A DNA stretch of 64,000 nucleotides from the IMG/VR virus record IMGVR_UViG_3300022893_000001, positions 8,925 to 72,924 of that record; one strand, written 5' to 3'. The position numbers and the translations under genes are program-made. This DNA is from a virus. Lineage: Duplodnaviria > Caudoviricetes. The number at the start of each line of letters is the position of its first letter. The stretch's first letter is position 1. The notes beneath the pieces are model-generated. The model saw nothing but the letters and a program-made list of their open reading frames with translations. It did no database searches and was not told where the DNA came from. Below are positions 62,896-64,000 of this stretch, one piece after another.

Positions 62896-63542
62896 ATCCC
62901 CCGGTAGTGAATCCTCTGGAGGATCCCACTCCGGTTCCCACGGTGGTCGAACCTCCGACCGCCATCCAGATTGGCGGCTTGCTGACGGCCATCCGGCGCA
63001 TCGCTCCTTTGAGTGCGCGCCGCGTCGTCGAGATCATCGACGAGTTCGCTCTCCACTATTACCCCGATGGCATCCCCGAAGGCGGCGGGGAAGCCGAGCC
63101 GCCGCCCGATGTGGTCATGAACAATTCGATCAGTTCGGCCTCGATCCTCACGCTCTCGACGGTGCCCAAGGAAGTAGTGCCGGTGTTTCCCGCCGGCAGT
63201 GCGCTCGAATTCCGCGGGTGCGCGGTCACCTTCACGTTCGGCACGCTCCCGTATGTCGACGCGGGCGGCTTGGCCGCGCTCCAGATGAAGATCGGCGACG
63301 TAGTGGTGTCCGAAGACCTCTCGTGCGGATTCATGTTGGGTTCGGCGAATTCGACGGCGGCGTTTACCGCGCTCCCCGGCATCGCGCTCCAGCCCGATCT
63401 GCCGCTGATGCTCGTCATGGTAGGCGGCACGCTGACCGGCGGCGATTCAAGCATGATGCTCGACATCACCTACGGCAAGCATCCACCGGCCGGCGCGGCG
63501 TTCGAGCGATCACTTCCTCCGTATAAGTTTGGAGTTGCCTAA
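62853..63542 (+). CDS. Protein with Pro-rich N-terminus and beta-sandwich C-terminus (possible virion decoration protein)
   Basis: AAGGAG SD; C-terminal strand pattern ending TGGDS.M.LDITY. Confidence 0.6.
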   Translation: MPYDTPVQEQYQYLNPPVVNPLEDPTPVPTVVEPPTAIQIGGLLTAIRRIAPLSARRVVEIIDEFALHYYPDGIPEGGGEAEPPPDVVMNNSISSASILTLSTVPKEVVPVFPAGSALEFRGCAVTFTFGTLPYVDAGGLAALQMKIGDVVVSEDLSCGFMLGSANSTAAFTALPGIALQPDLPLMLVMVGGTLTGGDSSMMLDITYGKHPPAGAAFERSLPPYKFGVA

Positions 63543-63751
63543 TGCCTGAAGAAACCATCAAAGAAACCGTGCTCGTCGAAGAACGCGAAGTCCTGCCGCC
63601 GCCCACGCTCGAAGAGCTTCATATCTTCCTGCTCCAGGTGCGGGAAGCCGCCTACATTGGCGCGCGCCAGACCGCCATCCTGATCGACGACTGGCTCGAA
63701 AAGTACCCGCTCCCGTTGCCGCCGCCTCCGGAGGAGGACGTGGCGGAGTAA
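63542..63751 (+). CDS. Small acidic/Pro-rich protein
   Basis: TAATG coupling. Confidence 0.6.
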   Translation: MPEETIKETVLVEEREVLPPPTLEELHIFLLQVREAAYIGARQTAILIDDWLEKYPLPLPPPPEEDVAE

Positions 63752-64000
63752 CAATTTCCGGTTGGCAGGTTCCTTCCGCCGGGAGCCAACTATACGAGGC
63801 GCGGCACTGCGTTCGGACGACCAGTGCCGCGTCGTTGGCCTTATACTCGCCTCTAAGTGCCCCGTCCGAATAAACCCCTCAAGCCGGAAGCCGGCATTCC
63901 CCTCACTCCCGAACAACTGGCGCGCCAGGTAGGCTCCTACAACCGCACCAAGTTCATCGCGCCTTCGGGCGAACTGATCTGGCAAGCCAATCCTGGGATG

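Larger units (their letters stand above)
1..64000. mobile_element. Tailed bacteriophage genome segment (podovirus-like; free phage, prophage or phage-plasmid undetermined)
   Basis: Continuous phage-type content (tailspike, collagen fibre, giant internal protein, RusA, replication initiator, many small ORFs with ATGA overlaps); no host genes at either edge. Confidence 0.93.

Noticed and set aside
63539-63985. 148-aa minus-strand ORF at the right edge
   Set aside because: Overlaps a better + strand gene antisense and has no motif; context truncated

Overview
The whole window reads as an internal slice of a GC-rich (about 65%, estimated by eye) tailed-phage genome with podovirus-like architecture. 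No host housekeeping genes, rRNA, tRNA, CRISPR array or reverse transcriptase were seen. Portal, major capsid, large terminase and endolysin were not recognised and probably lie outside the window. Layout: (1) 1-30.7 kb, + strand virion module: adaptor and nozzle-like genes, a 1541-aa beta-helix tailspike, three low-complexity ejection-protein candidates, a 4040-aa polyvalent internal virion protein, and a spike-base/BppU-like/collagen fibre module. (2) 30.7-45.7 kb, DNA metabolism: HTH regulator, SMC-like ATPase, ASCH, RusA-like resolvase, QueD plus a TGT/DpdA-like protein, replication initiator, tyrosine recombinase and MBL hydrolase. (3) 45.6-55.9 kb, a dense minus-strand array of small early-type genes, including DUF3768 and a PAPS-reductase-family gene. 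(4) 56-64 kb, a skew-switch and repeat-rich control region followed by small genes. Most striking: three small ORFs are overprinted in the +1 frame inside the 4040-aa protein, at junctions between its effector-like domains (ParB-like, zincin-like repeat, HipA-like kinase, HhH-glycosylase-like). This suggests a virion-delivered multi-effector protein with nested partner or immunity peptides. Also notable: a repeated intergenic cassette in the early array, a recombinase gene flanked by direct repeats, a palindromic operator, parS-like half-sites and an SD-sequestering leader. All family assignments come from motif recognition by eye; no searches were run.
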